Origin: Phapecoctavirus DIJ07P1
Reading direction: 5' to 3' (one strand)
Sequence record: OZ035743.1
DNA length: 64,000 nucleotides
Shown here: positions 47,122 to 54,840 of the stretch, piece after piece
Layout of the letters: each line of letters starts with the position of its first letter
How positions within the stretch are numbered: the first letter of the stretch is position 1
The notes under the pieces: model-generated
The model's database searches: none
Seen by the model: only the letters and a program-made list of their open reading frames with translations
Told to the model about the DNA's origin: nothing
Position numbers and translations under genes: made by a program

Positions 47122-47124
47122 GGC

Positions 47125-47180
47125 TTGACATTAACGAATAATTTGTTAATATGTTACATAAAGCGGGAATAGTTCCCGCT
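47125..47180 (+). promoter_or_regulatory. Promoter-leader cassette 3
   Basis: TTGACA-16-TAATAT then GCGGGAATAGTTCCCGC hairpin. Confidence 0.65.
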
Positions 47181-47197
47181 ATTTGTAAGGTGGTAGA

Positions 47198-47455
47198 ATG
47201 TTTTACATCAAATTAAAAGGTCACGTGATCGCGTTCAAAGATAACGCTTTTTACAGATTAGCAAAATATGCGTTAATACATCCCCACTATGTTTATATAA
47301 GGGGGCGTGATGAAATAAATATCTTTGATCAAACAACATGCGAGAACATCGAGATCCGCAAGGTTGGCGTACGTGATTATCGTACATCTTTCTACCCTTG
47401 CAAGGATTCAGCAAGTCTTTTTAAAGTATGCCAATTGTTGAAAAAAGGTGGTTAA
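47198..47455 (+). CDS. Hypothetical small protein
   Basis: 85-aa ORF, RBS AAGGTGG. Confidence 0.6.
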   Translation: MFYIKLKGHVIAFKDNAFYRLAKYALIHPHYVYIRGRDEINIFDQTTCENIEIRKVGVRDYRTSFYPCKDSASLFKVCQLLKKGG

Positions 47456-48014
47456 TATGGGCCGCGAATATGTGATCCAGTCTTGGGTAAAACATGAAGC
47501 AGATGATCCGCGCATCATTCCCGATCATCTTATCGATGAATCCACGGGATATAGTGGTGAGCAAATAGGTAACAGATTAGCACGTAGTAACGGCAACGTA
47601 AAAGCGCGTTATGTGCGCCCTGGTTGGCTGGCAAATGGTAACGCTGATTTATCCAGTGCGGAAGATGCGAGCGACGGCGCGAAAGATAATCCTTTGTACA
47701 AAGTTGATCCAGCTTTTCGTGTCCTGGATGAATACCCCAGCAAGATAGCGGCGCTCGATCAGGCCCTGGAAAGTAAGCGCATCACCTGGACCGCTTACAA
47801 CATGGCAAAAAACGTACTTGATGGTAAATTGATTCAAGCTGAAAGAAAATTAGCCAAAATTGCAGCCATAGCCCAGGAGGAAGACGAGGAGACAACGGAA
47901 GAGGAAGAGTACGAAGAGATCCCGCCGTTGTTGTGTGTTGATGCTTTTCCTGATTATCAGCCGACAGAGGAAGAAAAAAGGATCGCACTAGAAAACTTTG
48001 AAAATAGTCTTTGA
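47448..48014 (+). CDS. Hypothetical acidic protein
   Basis: 188-aa ORF co-transcribed with previous; start 47448 or 47456. Confidence 0.6.
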   Translation: MVNMGREYVIQSWVKHEADDPRIIPDHLIDESTGYSGEQIGNRLARSNGNVKARYVRPGWLANGNADLSSAEDASDGAKDNPLYKVDPAFRVLDEYPSKIAALDQALESKRITWTAYNMAKNVLDGKLIQAERKLAKIAAIAQEEDEETTEEEEYEEIPPLLCVDAFPDYQPTEEEKRIALENFENSL

Positions 48015-48068
48015 CATATCGCCGCCACTGGCATAATATTTACCACGTAGGGCGGCAATGGTGCCGCT
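48012..48068 (+). promoter_or_regulatory. Promoter-leader cassette 4
   Basis: TTGACA-16-CATAAT then GCGGCAATGGTGCCGC hairpin. Confidence 0.65.
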
Positions 48069-48096
48069 CATAGTGAAATTATGCAAGAGGCTTACA

Positions 48097-48192
48097 ATGA
48101 TTAATAAAGAAAATAGCTTGACGGTTGGAACGATTAACGCTATCATTCTAGCCGTTCCATTTTGGGTTGTAGTAGCGGCTATTATTTTCTAA
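48097..48192 (+). CDS. 31-aa hydrophobic peptide
   Basis: MINKENSLTVGTINAIILAVPFWVVVAAIIF read manually; RBS AAGAGG; only ORF after cassette 4. Confidence 0.4.
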   Translation: MINKENSLTVGTINAIILAVPFWVVVAAIIF

Positions 48193-48200
48193 AAATATTC

Positions 48201-48261
48201 TTGACAACGTTTTTTAATCTGATAAGATGTATCACATAGGGCGGCGGAATACTTCCCCGCC
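48201..48261 (+). promoter_or_regulatory. Promoter-leader cassette 5
   Basis: TTGACA-16-TAAGAT-gtatcacat-aGGGCGGCGGAATACTTCCCCGCC. Confidence 0.7.
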
Positions 48262-48284
48262 AAAACAAAAAAAAGGGTAACACA

Positions 48285-48647
48285 ATGAGCAAGCAAATCA
48301 ATACTATCATGTTTAATCTGGTATCTTTCCGCGATGATATGAAAAATTTACCACGTGAAACGGTTGATATTCATGTTTCAGCTTATCGCGCCCTTATTGA
48401 CATGTTACCGCTAAAACGTGATCAACATGCCGCTAATATGATGCTTAATGCTATGCTTAAAAAGATGATTCAAACGGATCTTACTCTGGCGTATGAGTAT
48501 CAAGGGCGCTTATATGCGACTTACAACAAAGCGGTACCTGGTCTGGGAAGTACCGAAGAGTTGCACGGCTTAAACCTGGATCAAAACACTTGGGATAGTA
48601 TGCGCCGCGTTATGGTATGGGCCGAAAGCGGTAAAATTTACGAATAA
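48285..48647 (+). CDS. Hypothetical protein
   Basis: 120-aa ORF. Confidence 0.6.
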   Translation: MSKQINTIMFNLVSFRDDMKNLPRETVDIHVSAYRALIDMLPLKRDQHAANMMLNAMLKKMIQTDLTLAYEYQGRLYATYNKAVPGLGSTEELHGLNLDQNTWDSMRRVMVWAESGKIYE

Positions 48648-48654
48648 AAACGGT

Positions 48655-48710
48655 TGACACTGTTTAAACTTCTGGTATAGTTTATCACGTAGGGCGGCAA
48701 TGGTGCCGCC
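48655..48710 (+). promoter_or_regulatory. Promoter-leader cassette 6
   Basis: TTGACA-16-TATAGT-ttatcacgt-aGGGCGGCAATGGTGCCGCC. Confidence 0.7.
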
Positions 48711-48730
48711 AACAATAAAAGGTTAACATC

Positions 48731-48910
48731 ATGGCTATCATTGCAAAAACTGAGATTATAGGTTTAGATTCGATCCTCCTGGCTTATGAGGAAACTTTAA
48801 AAATGTATGTAGTGACCTATGGTGATTATGTGCGTGAATACGAATACATTGATCTTGCTTTCGAATGTTACATTCGCCAGGTCAATAAAGCCTATAATGA
48901 TTATCGTTAA
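48731..48910 (+). CDS. Hypothetical small protein (59 aa, below ORF-track cutoff)
   Basis: MAIIAKTEIIGLDSILLAYEETLKMYVVTYGDYVREYEYIDLAFECYIRQVNKAYNDYR read manually. Confidence 0.5.
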   Translation: MAIIAKTEIIGLDSILLAYEETLKMYVVTYGDYVREYEYIDLAFECYIRQVNKAYNDYR

Positions 48911-48929
48911 AAGTTTTAGTCTTATACTA

Positions 48930-48981
48930 TTGACAATGAGTGATAGTATAAGCATAATAACTTTTATCGGGAATACTTCCC
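48930..48981 (+). promoter_or_regulatory. Promoter-leader cassette 7 (degenerate hairpin)
   Basis: TTGACA-17-CATAAT then CGGGAATACTTCCC. Confidence 0.55.
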
Positions 48982-49007
48982 ACTAACCAAAAAGAGAGAG
49001 TGACACC

Positions 49008-49373
49008 ATGGCTATTAATATCAATGTTTCCGCTTATGCTACCCTGGCTAACACGGCTAAAATTGAATTATCCAGCATTGAGGCGGTGCATATTAGCGCC
49101 CGTCGCTGGTTTCAACAGTCCTACGGTAACACATATTTTTCTTTAATGGTTGACGTTGAGATCGGCGGTAAACTGATCGAGGTGGTTAACGTTCCGTTTC
49201 AATATGGCTATGGTGATCATTTTGATACCGTCGCCCTGGAAGAATTTAGCAAGGTTATCAACCTTGAGGGCAAGGAATTTTCACGCGGCGCGTATCTTTC
49301 CCGTTTTTGCCGTGACAATGGGATCACTGTATACAGTCATGCAAGCGATGTAAAACGTAAAAAAGATTTATAA
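49008..49373 (+). CDS. Hypothetical protein
   Basis: 121-aa ORF. Confidence 0.6.
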   Translation: MAININVSAYATLANTAKIELSSIEAVHISARRWFQQSYGNTYFSLMVDVEIGGKLIEVVNVPFQYGYGDHFDTVALEEFSKVINLEGKEFSRGAYLSRFCRDNGITVYSHASDVKRKKDL

Positions 49374-49379
49374 AAAGCA

Positions 49380-49438
49380 TTGACAGCACGAATAAAAAGA
49401 GTAAACTGTATTACATAGAGAGCGGGAATAGTTCCCGC
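49380..49438 (+). promoter_or_regulatory. Promoter-leader cassette 8
   Basis: TTGACA-16-TAAACT-gtattacatagaga-GCGGGAATAGTTCCCGC. Confidence 0.65.
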
Positions 49439-49462
49439 CTCATTCAAAGAGAGATTATCATC

Positions 49463-49702
49463 ATGGCTATTACTAAAACTTACAACGGTCACAAAAACAA
49501 AACTCACTGGAATGTAAGCCTTTGGATTAATAACGACGAATCATTATATCGGTTGGCGAAAGAATTTATCGCCGCTAATACTAATCGTAATGATGCTGCC
49601 CGTGATATGATGTTATTCCTGGAACAAACTGGACAAGATAAAACTCCAGACGGTTTCAAGTATAGCACTACAGCGATCCGCGCCGCGATGGTTGGAATGT
49701 AA
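49463..49702 (+). CDS. Hypothetical small protein
   Basis: 79-aa ORF. Confidence 0.6.
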   Translation: MAITKTYNGHKNKTHWNVSLWINNDESLYRLAKEFIAANTNRNDAARDMMLFLEQTGQDKTPDGFKYSTTAIRAAMVGM

Positions 49703-49711
49703 TAAAAACAG

Positions 49712-49771
49712 TTGACAACGTTTAAAATTAGTGTAAGATGTATCACATAGGGCGGGAAGTGGTTTCCCGCC
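49712..49771 (+). promoter_or_regulatory. Promoter-leader cassette 9
   Basis: TTGACA-16-TAAGAT-gtatcacat-aGGGCGGGAAGTGGTTTCCCGCC (perfect 8-bp stem). Confidence 0.7.
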
Positions 49772-49793
49772 AACAACAGAGAGATTAAAGATT

Positions 49794-50021
49794 ATGGCTA
49801 TCAATATTGTTCGCGTATCCGGCACCGTTGGCACTTCCCAGGTTATTGCAGTTGTAACAAACAAAAAGATTAATGATGTATGTGAGATCTTGAATAAGTG
49901 GGCTATTGCTAATTTTGGGGAATATGCAAGCGTCGAGTACATCGAATCCTACCAGGTGCCAACCATCAGCCTGACCGATCTCAACGTTGATCGCCTGTTA
50001 TGCCTGGATGAATTAATCTGA
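49794..50021 (+). CDS. Hypothetical small protein
   Basis: 75-aa ORF. Confidence 0.6.
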   Translation: MAINIVRVSGTVGTSQVIAVVTNKKINDVCEILNKWAIANFGEYASVEYIESYQVPTISLTDLNVDRLLCLDELI

Positions 50022-50032
50022 AAAAGATTGTT

Positions 50033-50086
50033 GACACGGGAAAGAAAAAGAGTAAACTGTTACAGGTAGGGCGGGAATAGTGCCGC
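50033..50086 (+). promoter_or_regulatory. Promoter-leader cassette 10 (hybrid hairpin)
   Basis: TTGACA...TAAACT-gttacaggt-aGGGCGGGAATAGTGCCGC; 5' arm of one variant with 3' arm of another. Confidence 0.6.
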
Positions 50087-50111
50087 TCACAACAGAAGAG
50101 AGATTATCACG

Positions 50112-50324
50112 ATGGCTAATATCCGCACACTGTTAAAAAATGCAAGTCAAGTTTTATTTTCTGATCACGATCATTTTAATAAAGATATTACAGGCGTGAA
50201 GAATATCAAAGATGTAAAAAGTGTTATGGGTATATATTGCAATGTTAAACGTGTTGGAACGTTCGGTGATAAAGTATTGTACCAATCAGGTGATTACAAT
50301 TTTACTTTGACGATTATTTCATAA
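50112..50324 (+). CDS. Hypothetical small protein
   Basis: 70-aa ORF. Confidence 0.6.
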   Translation: MANIRTLLKNASQVLFSDHDHFNKDITGVKNIKDVKSVMGIYCNVKRVGTFGDKVLYQSGDYNFTLTIIS

Positions 50325-50329
50325 AACGC

Positions 50330-50391
50330 TTGCAATACTGCAAAAATAAAGTAAACTGTATTACATCAAGGCGGCGGAATGGTCCACCGCC
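50330..50391 (+). promoter_or_regulatory. Promoter-leader cassette 11
   Basis: TTGCAA...TAAACT-gtattacatca-aGGCGGCGGAATGGTCCACCGCC. Confidence 0.6.
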
Positions 50392-50415
50392 TAACAAAGA
50401 GAAGAGGAAAATATT

Positions 50416-50583
50416 ATGATCACTTTCGCTACCCGTGAAGCCGCTCGCAACGTTGCACGTAAAGTTAACGCCGCCAACCTGGGCGCTACGCTTAAAGCCC
50501 CTGTAAAAGATGAATCAGGAAAATGGATCTTCCCTGGTCTACGTCATGCTGACAAGTTAGGTACTTTAAGCCTTAAAAAATAA
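50416..50583 (+). CDS. Hypothetical small basic protein (55 aa, below ORF-track cutoff)
   Basis: MITFATREAARNVARKVNAANLGATLKAPVKDESGKWIFPGLRHADKLGTLSLKK read manually; shares MITFA start with 50836..51057. Confidence 0.5.
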   Translation: MITFATREAARNVARKVNAANLGATLKAPVKDESGKWIFPGLRHADKLGTLSLKK

Positions 50584-50585
50584 TC

Positions 50586-50625
50586 GTTGACTTTTCGTTA
50601 TAGCGCCTTATAATGGGCGCTATAG
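50586..50625 (+). promoter_or_regulatory. Promoter with -10 embedded in a palindrome
   Basis: TTGACT-17-TATAAT with atagcgcc / ggcgctat inverted repeat flanking the -10. Confidence 0.55.
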
Positions 50626-50660
50626 AGAAGAGAAACCAGTCACAACAGAGAGAAAATATC

Positions 50661-50822
50661 ATGACCAATAAAGAAAAAGCCATCATTAAAGCACATTATC
50701 CACATCTAACATTACGTTTTAAAGCCGATGGATCTGTTATGGCCTCCAGTGGGCGCGGGTATGCTTACGGTTTACTTTACACCGCACAACAAGCGCAAGA
50801 TCATTTAAACGCAGTAAAATAA
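50661..50822 (+). CDS. Hypothetical small protein
   Basis: Start set at MTNKEK after GAGAGAAAA RBS (ORF track begins 50613). Confidence 0.5.
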   Translation: MTNKEKAIIKAHYPHLTLRFKADGSVMASSGRGYAYGLLYTAQQAQDHLNAVK

Positions 50823-50835
50823 CAAGGAAACCATT

Positions 50836-51057
50836 ATGATCACTTTCGCTATTGTCGCCGTTGTTGCTGGTCAAGTTTACGTAAATGAGACATTTACTAC
50901 AGAAGACAAGGCAGCAGGAGATATAACCGCCGTTTACAATGAGTGCAAGGCAGTAGAAAGGATGTTAGCGCCTTGTATGCTAATGAGTGAACGCCAGGAC
51001 GGAATAACAGTATTTACTAACATTGGAACAGGGTACCAAATGGTAGTAACAAAATAA
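50836..51057 (+). CDS. Hypothetical small protein with hydrophobic N-terminus
   Basis: 73-aa ORF, RBS AAGGAAA. Confidence 0.55.
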   Translation: MITFAIVAVVAGQVYVNETFTTEDKAAGDITAVYNECKAVERMLAPCMLMSERQDGITVFTNIGTGYQMVVTK

Positions 51058-51060
51058 AGC

Positions 51061-51117
51061 TTGACACCGATTTAATTTTTAGTAAACTGTTACAGGTAGG
51101 GCGGGAATAGTTCCCGC
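51061..51117 (+). promoter_or_regulatory. Promoter-leader cassette 12
   Basis: TTGACA...TAAACT-gttacaggt-aGGGCGGGAATAGTTCCCGC. Confidence 0.7.
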
Positions 51118-51136
51118 TCAAAAAGAGAGAAAGACC

Positions 51137-51490
51137 ATGAAAGCACAAAATGCAATTAAAGAGTACATCCTTGCCGCTATCGATTTTAATGATTACGGTA
51201 TTACAACCGAAAAAGAGAAGATCGCGGAATTGATGCGCCGTTTTAATTCCGAGTACTGGTACCCTGATAACCAATCACGTTTTAATTATAGTATTGTTAA
51301 AGCACTTGCATCATGGTTACAAGGTTTGCCATCAGATATCAATATCGCTTTCGAATATTGGGAAATTGATCGCTTGTTAACATCCTGGGGATACATTAAA
51401 GAGAATAGCAGCGATGATAAAATCCAACGAGAAAGGGAAAATTATTGGCTTTATATTGCAGGCGTGATCCTTGCTTGCTCTTATGAATGA
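51137..51490 (+). CDS. Hypothetical protein
   Basis: 117-aa ORF. Confidence 0.6.
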   Translation: MKAQNAIKEYILAAIDFNDYGITTEKEKIAELMRRFNSEYWYPDNQSRFNYSIVKALASWLQGLPSDINIAFEYWEIDRLLTSWGYIKENSSDDKIQRERENYWLYIAGVILACSYE

Positions 51491-51496
51491 TAAACC

Positions 51497-51549
51497 TTGA
51501 CAATTTTACAAAACAGTTTAAATTAACAATATAGCGGCAATGGTGCCGC
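51497..51549 (+). promoter_or_regulatory. Promoter-leader cassette 13
   Basis: TTGACA-16-TAAATT...ataGCGGCAATGGTGCCGC. Confidence 0.6.
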
Positions 51550-51568
51550 TCATATGAAGAGGAAACAA

Positions 51569-51715
51569 AATGAATACATCTAATCGCGCAGAAAAAATTC
51601 AATCTTCCAAGATCCGCAAGGCCTGGAACGAGGAAGTGATCCGCAAAGGCGACAAGCGTAATAAAACAAAGCGCGGGAAGAGTGACAAATATAATTGGAT
51701 GGATTTAGAGGATTA
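51569..51715 (+). CDS. 48-aa Lys/Arg-rich basic protein (below ORF-track cutoff)
   Basis: MNTSNRAEKIQSSKIRKAWNEEVIRKGDKRNKTKRGKSDKYNWMDLED, codons checked manually; RBS GAGGAAA. Confidence 0.5.
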
Positions 51716-51722
51716 ACATAAC

Positions 51723-51749
51723 AAGGGCGCATCAAGCGCCCTTTCTTTT
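51723..51749 (+). terminator. Rho-independent terminator (copy 1 of a repeated terminator)
   Basis: agggcgcatcaagcgccct followed by ttcttttt. Confidence 0.75.
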
Positions 51750-51771
51750 TACATGTAGAGGATAAACAAAA

Positions 51772-51957
51772 ATGACTTTAAACGAGCTTAAAACAGCCTA
51801 CAACGCAACATTAAAAATAGCCGTGCGTTACCGTGATGCGTATGGTTTTATCGCGCAGGGCGTGATCCTGGGCTTTTCTGACGATGGTTTGATCTATGTT
51901 GATGCACATCACAACAAGGTTAAACCTGAAAACGTCATTAGCATAAAATATCTTTAA
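51772..51957 (+). CDS. Hypothetical small protein
   Basis: 61-aa ORF, RBS AGAGGA. Confidence 0.55.
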   Translation: MTLNELKTAYNATLKIAVRYRDAYGFIAQGVILGFSDDGLIYVDAHHNKVKPENVISIKYL

Positions 51958-51963
51958 AAACGG

Positions 51964-52020
51964 TTGACAGCATAACCAAGTATGATAAGATGTATCACGT
52001 AGGGCGGGAATAGTTCCCGA
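51964..52020 (+). promoter_or_regulatory. Promoter-leader cassette 14
   Basis: TTGACA-16-TAAGAT-gtatcacgt-aGGGCGGGAATAGTTCCCG. Confidence 0.7.
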
Positions 52021-52042
52021 CCACATAAAAGAGAAAAACATT

Positions 52043-52255
52043 ATGACCACTATCACAACAAAACAAGAAAAAATTATTACAGACATTGCCGCAGTAGCCG
52101 CTATTGCTATTATTGGTACCTACTATGACACCGCGCGACCTTCCTCCTTACATGAGATCGCCGCCGTTGCATCAGTTGGCGTACTGTTTTACGTTGGTAA
52201 ACGCTATTTATCACCAATGATTAACAAGCTGACACCGTGGAAAAATAAAGGTTGA
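52043..52255 (+). CDS. Small membrane protein
   Basis: 70 aa, hydrophobic core. Confidence 0.55.
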   Translation: MTTITTKQEKIITDIAAVAAIAIIGTYYDTARPSSLHEIAAVASVGVLFYVGKRYLSPMINKLTPWKNKG

Positions 52256-52261
52256 TCCTGT

Positions 52262-52316
52262 TTTATATTGTGTTATAGTTATCGTGTAGGGCGGCAATGG
52301 TGCCGCGCCCCTTTGA
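52262..52316 (+). promoter_or_regulatory. Promoter-leader cassette 15
   Basis: TTGATC-16-TATAGT-tatcgtgt-aGGGCGGCAATGGTGCCGC. Confidence 0.6.
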
Positions 52317-52326
52317 GGATGCAATC

Positions 52327-52611
52327 ATGCGTAAAGCTAACACCGTGCTAATGTTTTCCCTGATTAATAATGCCGCTTACTTGTCCAACATGACGCAGGA
52401 GGGTAACACATTAACGGCAACATTCACCAATAAGCTTGACCGAGTGATCATAATCTCACTGAAAACAGTTAGTAAAGGCTTTTACTCGTTAGCTTATCAT
52501 TGTATCACTGACACCGACGAGACAAGCCAGGACTATAGCGCCCCTTTCCCTGAATCAATGGCACGGGAGATCATCGCCGCCGTTGTAAATGATGGTTTGT
52601 TTACTGCATAA
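52327..52611 (+). CDS. Hypothetical protein
   Basis: Start set at MRKANT after GAGGATG RBS. Confidence 0.55.
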   Translation: MRKANTVLMFSLINNAAYLSNMTQEGNTLTATFTNKLDRVIIISLKTVSKGFYSLAYHCITDTDETSQDYSAPFPESMAREIIAAVVNDGLFTA

Positions 52612-52627
52612 AATAATTCAGAAAAGG

Positions 52628-52686
52628 CTTGCAATAATTTTCAGACCGTGTATATTTAATTCATAGGGCGGCGGGAATAGTTCCCT
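52628..52686 (+). promoter_or_regulatory. Promoter-leader cassette 16 (degenerate)
   Basis: TTGCAA...TATATT...catagGGCGGCGGGAATAGTTCCC. Confidence 0.55.
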
Positions 52687-52708
52687 AAGCAAACGAGAGG
52701 ATTACACG

Positions 52709-52828
52709 ATGAGCAAGTATACAGTAGAATACACGGTAGAAAATCCGGCAGTATCCGAAGGTAAAAAGATGACATTTGCCATCAGTATAATCGCTTTCGT
52801 TATCACTATCTTATCAATCATCTTATAA
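52709..52828 (+). CDS. 39-aa hydrophobic peptide
   Basis: MSKYTVEYTVENPAVSEGKKMTFAISIIAFVITILSIIL read manually; RBS GAGAGGA. Confidence 0.4.
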   Translation: MSKYTVEYTVENPAVSEGKKMTFAISIIAFVITILSIIL

Positions 52829-52966
52829 GGTGCGTACTATGAAAACAACAGACATTATCAAAGAGATCGCCCTTGCCGCTGACGTTGAGATCGAGGAAGT
52901 GATCGCGCTCAACCTTACAGAAAACGATCTACTCAATCTATGAAGCGTTATAATTGACAACAAAAC

Positions 52967-52993
52967 AAGGGCGCACCAAGCGCCCTTTCTTTT
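52967..52993 (+). terminator. Rho-independent terminator (copy 2, near-identical to 51723..51749)
   Basis: agggcgcaccaagcgccct followed by ttcttttt. Confidence 0.75.
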
Positions 52994-52994
52994 T

Positions 52995-54495
52995 GCCCGA
53001 ACAATGTTGATAGCTTTCGCCTATGAAAAACCGACACAGAACAAAACTGAATAAATCGCGGTATCGAGCTAATCAACCAGCAAACGAATAACCATACCTC
53101 CCAGGGTTACAGGCTGTTAGAGAGCCATTTAGAGCGGTTAAAATCGATCAACAACCAACAACAAACCATCAAAAACACCCTTTTACCTCCTTTCTAGTGC
53201 AATGATAACCATTATCATCTACCCATGATTATCTATGCAATATAAGCGCATAATTATAATGTTGATAATAGTTCGCAACAACTAACCAACAAACAACATA
53301 AAACAATAAGCAAACTAATCATAATCAAAGGAATAATAGCAAGATGATTGATAACGACAAACAATCAAACCATGATGAATACTAAGCAAGATAACGATAA
53401 CACGACAAAACAACCAACTAACGAACAATAACAAACGAAACCATTAAAATAATAACTATTAGCAAAATAGTGCATGAATGAAATCATTACAAAACGAATC
53501 ATTCACAGAGTCATCATTAGCACGCTATGCCGGACACATAGCGAGCTAATAATAAGCCAACTACACCCCAACAATCATAACCATCGGTGACGGTTATTTC
53601 TTGTTACTGCGTAGCTTGCAATAATTGCAAGCGTAATGACGCTTACACTTATTGCGCTGGCTTATTATTAGCATTATATGTAATTACCAAGATCATAACA
53701 TTAGCGCAATAACAATAGTCATTGTGATAATTACAAGATGAGATCATTAGCAAGATGAATAATTGCACGTAGCAACATGAGCGAATAGCGACAGGTTGCA
53801 TAGTGTGCACATAGTGTATAAACATACAAGAAAATAAAGGCTAATCTTTTGGGGGCGAATACTATCGCGTAGCGATATGTTGAGCACCTTCTCTTAAACG
53901 TAAATAAAATCAGAAAATTCTTGATTTATTTTGGCTTTTATGTTAATAAACGTTTAAATAATAATCATTCTCATATAAATAATAGTCTGCTTGTCATGAG
54001 CGGCATTAGTTGACATTGTTCCGTCATATGATGAAGTTGCCAAGCCATTGATAAATAAGTGTTTGTGTGATTTATAATCAGGTGGCCCACCTTGTCGCTA
54101 TGTTGGCATGAGCCTTGCATAAGTCATTGAATACGAATGATAATTATTCTCATTCGCATGATATTTGGGAATTGTCGCTGCGTGGACCTGACGGCCCGAA
54201 AATTCGCGTTAAGCACTTCTTACGTATGCGCCATGATTTTTGCCATATGATATTGATTCTATTAGATATTCTTGCCATTATTGCCATGAAACAGGGTGTG
54301 TCGAAATAATTGCTCCCCGTAGATATTTTGGGTTACTTTTTATACAAGAGTGGGGTGTCAAAAATAATCGGTATATATGGGATAATTGATAGGAATCCCC
54401 TATGATAATTCGATTGTAATTCCCTAAGATTGATCGTATGATGTTGGTGATTGATGATTGCCATGAAAGATGGCTAACGATGAGAGGAGATTGTC
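52995..54495. other. A/C-rich, strand-asymmetric non-coding region (~1.5 kb)
   Basis: No convincing ORF; plus strand dominated by A and C with recurring CAAGATGA / GATAACGA / ATCATTAGC words. Confidence 0.6.
53957..54157. promoter_or_regulatory. Fur-box-like palindromes (second locus)
   Basis: aataataatcattctcat (53957..53974) and cgaatgataattattctcattcg (54135..54157); same motif family as 45741..45846. Confidence 0.45.
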
Positions 54496-54840
54496 ATGCA
54501 AGAGAGTAAAAATGTTCCGTTGAGTAGTTTACGTCTAATGAAGTTTTACAAAGCTTGGCTTGCTGGTGAGGTAGAAGGTCACACAACGAGTGGTTTGTGC
54601 ATATGTTTGATTAAGTATGTAGAGGGAACATATCCTGATAAACTGTTACCTCGTCTACAACAGGAGATGAAATCACAGTTTATTAGTGCAGGATTGGATT
54701 ACAATTTCCCGTTTAATGAAGGTGGTTATGAAGAATACACCTTCGAACATAAAAAACATATTTGCCATAAAAACAAACATCGTATACAATGGGTGTTAGA
54801 TAGAATTCAGGATTATGAAGGAGAGAAAAATGACAAATAG
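54496..54840 (+). CDS. Paralogue family X member 1
   Basis: 114 aa; shares FYKAWL, TSGLC.CL, AGLDYN.PFN, R.QWV.DRI blocks with 54830..55198 and 60255..60569. Confidence 0.65.
   Translation: MQESKNVPLSSLRLMKFYKAWLAGEVEGHTTSGLCICLIKYVEGTYPDKLLPRLQQEMKSQFISAGLDYNFPFNEGGYEEYTFEHKKHICHKNKHRIQWVLDRIQDYEGEKNDK

Noticed and set aside
46483-52686. CRISPR array, suggested by regularly spaced near-identical GC-rich palindromes
   Set aside because: The repeats are promoter-leader elements at variable spacing (about 200-600 bp) separated by coding ORFs with RBS, not fixed-length repeats and spacers.
54115-54309. 64-aa ORF inside the large non-coding region
   Set aside because: Isolated, no RBS, and overlaps the Fur-like palindrome; the surrounding 1.5 kb is otherwise ORF-free.
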